DNA of 64,000 bases, taken from the NCBI GenBank assembly GCA_963848295.1, contig CAWKDB010000010.1, forward strand, positions 1,504,001 through 1,568,000, in the 5' to 3' direction. The position numbers were made by a program, and so were the translations under genes. Shown here one piece after another: positions 61,875 through 64,000 of the stretch; the stretch's first letter is position 1; every line of letters begins with the position of its first letter. The DNA is from an uncultured delta proteobacterium. GTDB taxonomy: Bacteria > Myxococcota_A > Polyangia > Haliangiales > Haliangiaceae. Under the pieces are notes generated by a model. That model ran no database searches. It was not told the origin of the DNA and saw only the letters and a list, made by a program, of their open reading frames with translations.

Positions 61875-62534
61875 ATGGCGTCGCGCCGCGTCGTGCACAA
61901 GCTGGTCCGCGCGGTCGCGCGGCCGCGGCGCCGCGTCCGGCTCGACAACGACGCGCGGCGAGCGCAACTGCTCCAACTCGCGCGCAAGGCGTTCTCCGAC
62001 CGTTCGTACGACGAAGTCTCGATCGACGATCTCGCCCGCGAAGCGAAGATCTCGAAGGGCCTGCTCTATCACTACTTCCCGACGAAGCGCGATCTGTATG
62101 TCGCCGGCCTACGCGAGATCGCCGACGAGCTCGTCGCGCGCACGAGCTCGATCCCGACGGACCTCCCCCCGGCGGAGCGCGTGCGCGCCGGGCTCGATGC
62201 TTACCTCGACCACATCACCGTCCACGCGCATGCGTTCGTCGCGTTGATGCGCGGCGGGATCGGCTCCGATCCGGAAGTCGCCGCCGTGATCGAAGGTGTC
62301 CGACGCCGGCTGGTCGAGCAGTTCATCGCCGGCTCGCCGTTCGCCGCGGTGCTCGCTGGCAACCCGCGGTTCGACATCGCGGTGCGCGGCTGGATCGGCT
62401 TTGTCGAAGGCGCGTCGATCGATTGGTGCGCGAACCCGCGGCTATCGCGCGACGAGCTGCGCGACCTGTTGAGCCAGGTGTTGCTCTCGTTGATCGCGGT
62501 GATCGCGCCGCAGATGCTGACGCCGCCAGCGTAG
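61875..62534 (+). CDS. TetR/AcrR family transcriptional regulator
   Basis: RRAQLL..F....YDEVSIDDLAREAKISKGLLYHYFPTKRDLY. Confidence 0.93.
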   Translation: MASRRVVHKLVRAVARPRRRVRLDNDARRAQLLQLARKAFSDRSYDEVSIDDLAREAKISKGLLYHYFPTKRDLYVAGLREIADELVARTSSIPTDLPPAERVRAGLDAYLDHITVHAHAFVALMRGGIGSDPEVAAVIEGVRRRLVEQFIAGSPFAAVLAGNPRFDIAVRGWIGFVEGASIDWCANPRLSRDELRDLLSQVLLSLIAVIAPQMLTPPA

Positions 62535-62547
62535 TAGAGTCTCGGGC

Positions 62548-63093
62548 ATGAAGCTACGCTACGCTTGGATCGCCCTCGTCCTCGCCGCGCCTGCGTGCGG
62601 CAACAAGTCTGCGTCGTGCACCGAAGGAGCGAGCGTCGCATGCGCTTGCCCGTCGGGTGGCAGCGGCGCTCAAGTCTGCGCCGCCGGGGTCTATGGTGCT
62701 TGCACCTGTGGACCCGCTGCAGCACCAGCAGCACCCGCTCCGGCACCCGCTGCGGCACCCGCGCCCGCGCCCGAACCCGCTGCGGCCCCCGCTCCGGCTC
62801 CAGCGCCGGCGCCCGCGCCCGCCGCCGCACCTGCCGAGGATCACGATCGCAACCACGACAAGGATTGGCACGACGCGCGCGACCGCCTCGACAAGCTATC
62901 GAAGGATGCCGCCGAAGCGGCCCAGAAGGTGAGCCAGGCGCAGGCCGCGCTCAACGCCGCGAAGGATCGCCACGCTCGCGACGAGGCGAAGAAGCGACTC
63001 GATCAGGCGACGAAGGAGCAGACCGAGACTGAAGCGCGCCTCGCCGAAGCGAAGACCGCGTTCGACCGCGTCGATCATCGAGATCATCACTAA
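62548..63093 (+). CDS. Lipoprotein: Cys-rich module, Pro/Ala linker, coiled-coil tail
   Basis: APAC lipobox; CTEGASVACACPSG.SGAQVC..G.YGACTC. Confidence 0.7.
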   Translation: MKLRYAWIALVLAAPACGNKSASCTEGASVACACPSGGSGAQVCAAGVYGACTCGPAAAPAAPAPAPAAAPAPAPEPAAAPAPAPAPAPAPAAAPAEDHDRNHDKDWHDARDRLDKLSKDAAEAAQKVSQAQAALNAAKDRHARDEAKKRLDQATKEQTETEARLAEAKTAFDRVDHRDHH

Positions 63094-63995
63094 CCGCGTT
63101 CGAATACGAGCGGCAGCGTGACCTGGCTCGCCGCGCGCTGACGGCCGAATGTCCAGTCGGCGATCGCTTCGAGGATCTCGCGCACGTGACGCGCGCGCCG
63201 GCGGTCGTCGGGCTTGGGCACGCGCGTCGTGTCCGACAACACGGCCGGTCGCCTGACGTGGCCGCGGCGATCGATCGAGAACCCGATCGACAACAAGCCC
63301 GCGATCGGTAGCTCGCCGATCTTCGCTTCGATCGCGGGCGTCAGCTCGGCGATCCGCATGGCGAGCTCGCGCACGCGCAACGGCCCGCGGATGAACGGCC
63401 GCGGTTGCACGAACCAGCCGTGGATGACGAGCCGGCCTTCGCGCGGATCGAGAGTGCCGGTCACTTCGCGCACGCCGTGCGGAATGCGCGGGTCGAATAC
63501 GACCAGCCGCCCGAGCTCCGGAGCGATCGCTTTGACGAGCTCGCCATGCTCGACCGCGCGGGTCGAACGAAAGTCGCGCCAGAAATCCAAGACCTGGTCG
63601 CGCACGAGCAGGGTCTCGCCACCGCGAAACCGCCGGCCGCGCCAGTTGGTCAACGACAACACGAACGCCCATGGGCCATGCGGCAGGTCGCCGTGGAGCT
63701 CTTGCCGACAGCCGGCGACGTAGAGCGATAACCACGGCGGCGACACGTCGTGACAACCCAGGACGTCGCGTCCCCACGCCACGAGCCCGCGATGGAACTG
63801 CTCGTACGCGCGGCGCGGGAAATATGTCCACGCCGGTGTGCGCAGGTGCGTGTATTGGCCGGGCACGTGCCACCAGTCCCACGCGAACCGATCGCCTCGC
63901 GTGCTGCGCGGATCGGCGTGGCGCTCGTCGAACACCGCTCGCAACGCCCTCGCCTCCGACGCGAACCGATCGCTCGTGATCAACCCGCGCGGCAT
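63090..63995 (-). CDS. 2OG-Fe(II) oxygenase family protein with C-terminal TonB-C-like extension
   Basis: LHGD (HxD), FRGGET, LVVFDPRIPHGV (distal His), GRLVIHGW; the start is close to the window edge. Confidence 0.75.
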   Translation of the reverse strand: MPRGLITSDRFASEARALRAVFDERHADPRSTRGDRFAWDWWHVPGQYTHLRTPAWTYFPRRAYEQFHRGLVAWGRDVLGCHDVSPPWLSLYVAGCRQELHGDLPHGPWAFVLSLTNWRGRRFRGGETLLVRDQVLDFWRDFRSTRAVEHGELVKAIAPELGRLVVFDPRIPHGVREVTGTLDPREGRLVIHGWFVQPRPFIRGPLRVRELAMRIAELTPAIEAKIGELPIAGLLSIGFSIDRRGHVRRPAVLSDTTRVPKPDDRRRARHVREILEAIADWTFGRQRAASQVTLPLVFERG

Positions 63996-64000
63996 CGGCG

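Overview
This is a high-GC, gene-dense chromosomal window with about 57 CDSs. The gene repertoire (zinc-ribbon/GYF/TPR membrane protein, FHA-coiled-coil, PilZ, Ser/Thr kinase, many Cys-rich lipoproteins, Myxococcus PilH/PilI-like ABC pair) points to a myxobacterium (Myxococcota; inference). Recognisable housekeeping genes are purE, purK, pyrB, sua5/tsaC, sppA, a long-chain acyl-CoA ligase and an M16 peptidase. I saw no rRNA, tRNA, CRISPR, integrase or transposase. The most notable signals are: (1) an orphan gene with two tandem T4-gp19/eCIS-like tail-tube domains (28808-29746) and no sheath or baseplate nearby; (2) an orphan ParA with an N-terminal Cys4 metal-binding domain, paired with a small ribbon-helix-helix protein (25551-26815); (3) a Zn-ribbon + Tudor-like + histone-H1-like-tail protein that may be an RNA-polymerase-binding factor (22391-23269); (4) a methyltransferase coupled to a stand-alone HxxxDG acyltransferase-like gene (56237-58311); (5) a window-wide pattern of TAnnnT hexamers 6-9 nt before start codons, suggesting pervasive leaderless transcription. 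All product calls come from motif recognition by eye, without database searches. Many start codons were moved from the ORF track to more plausible positions.
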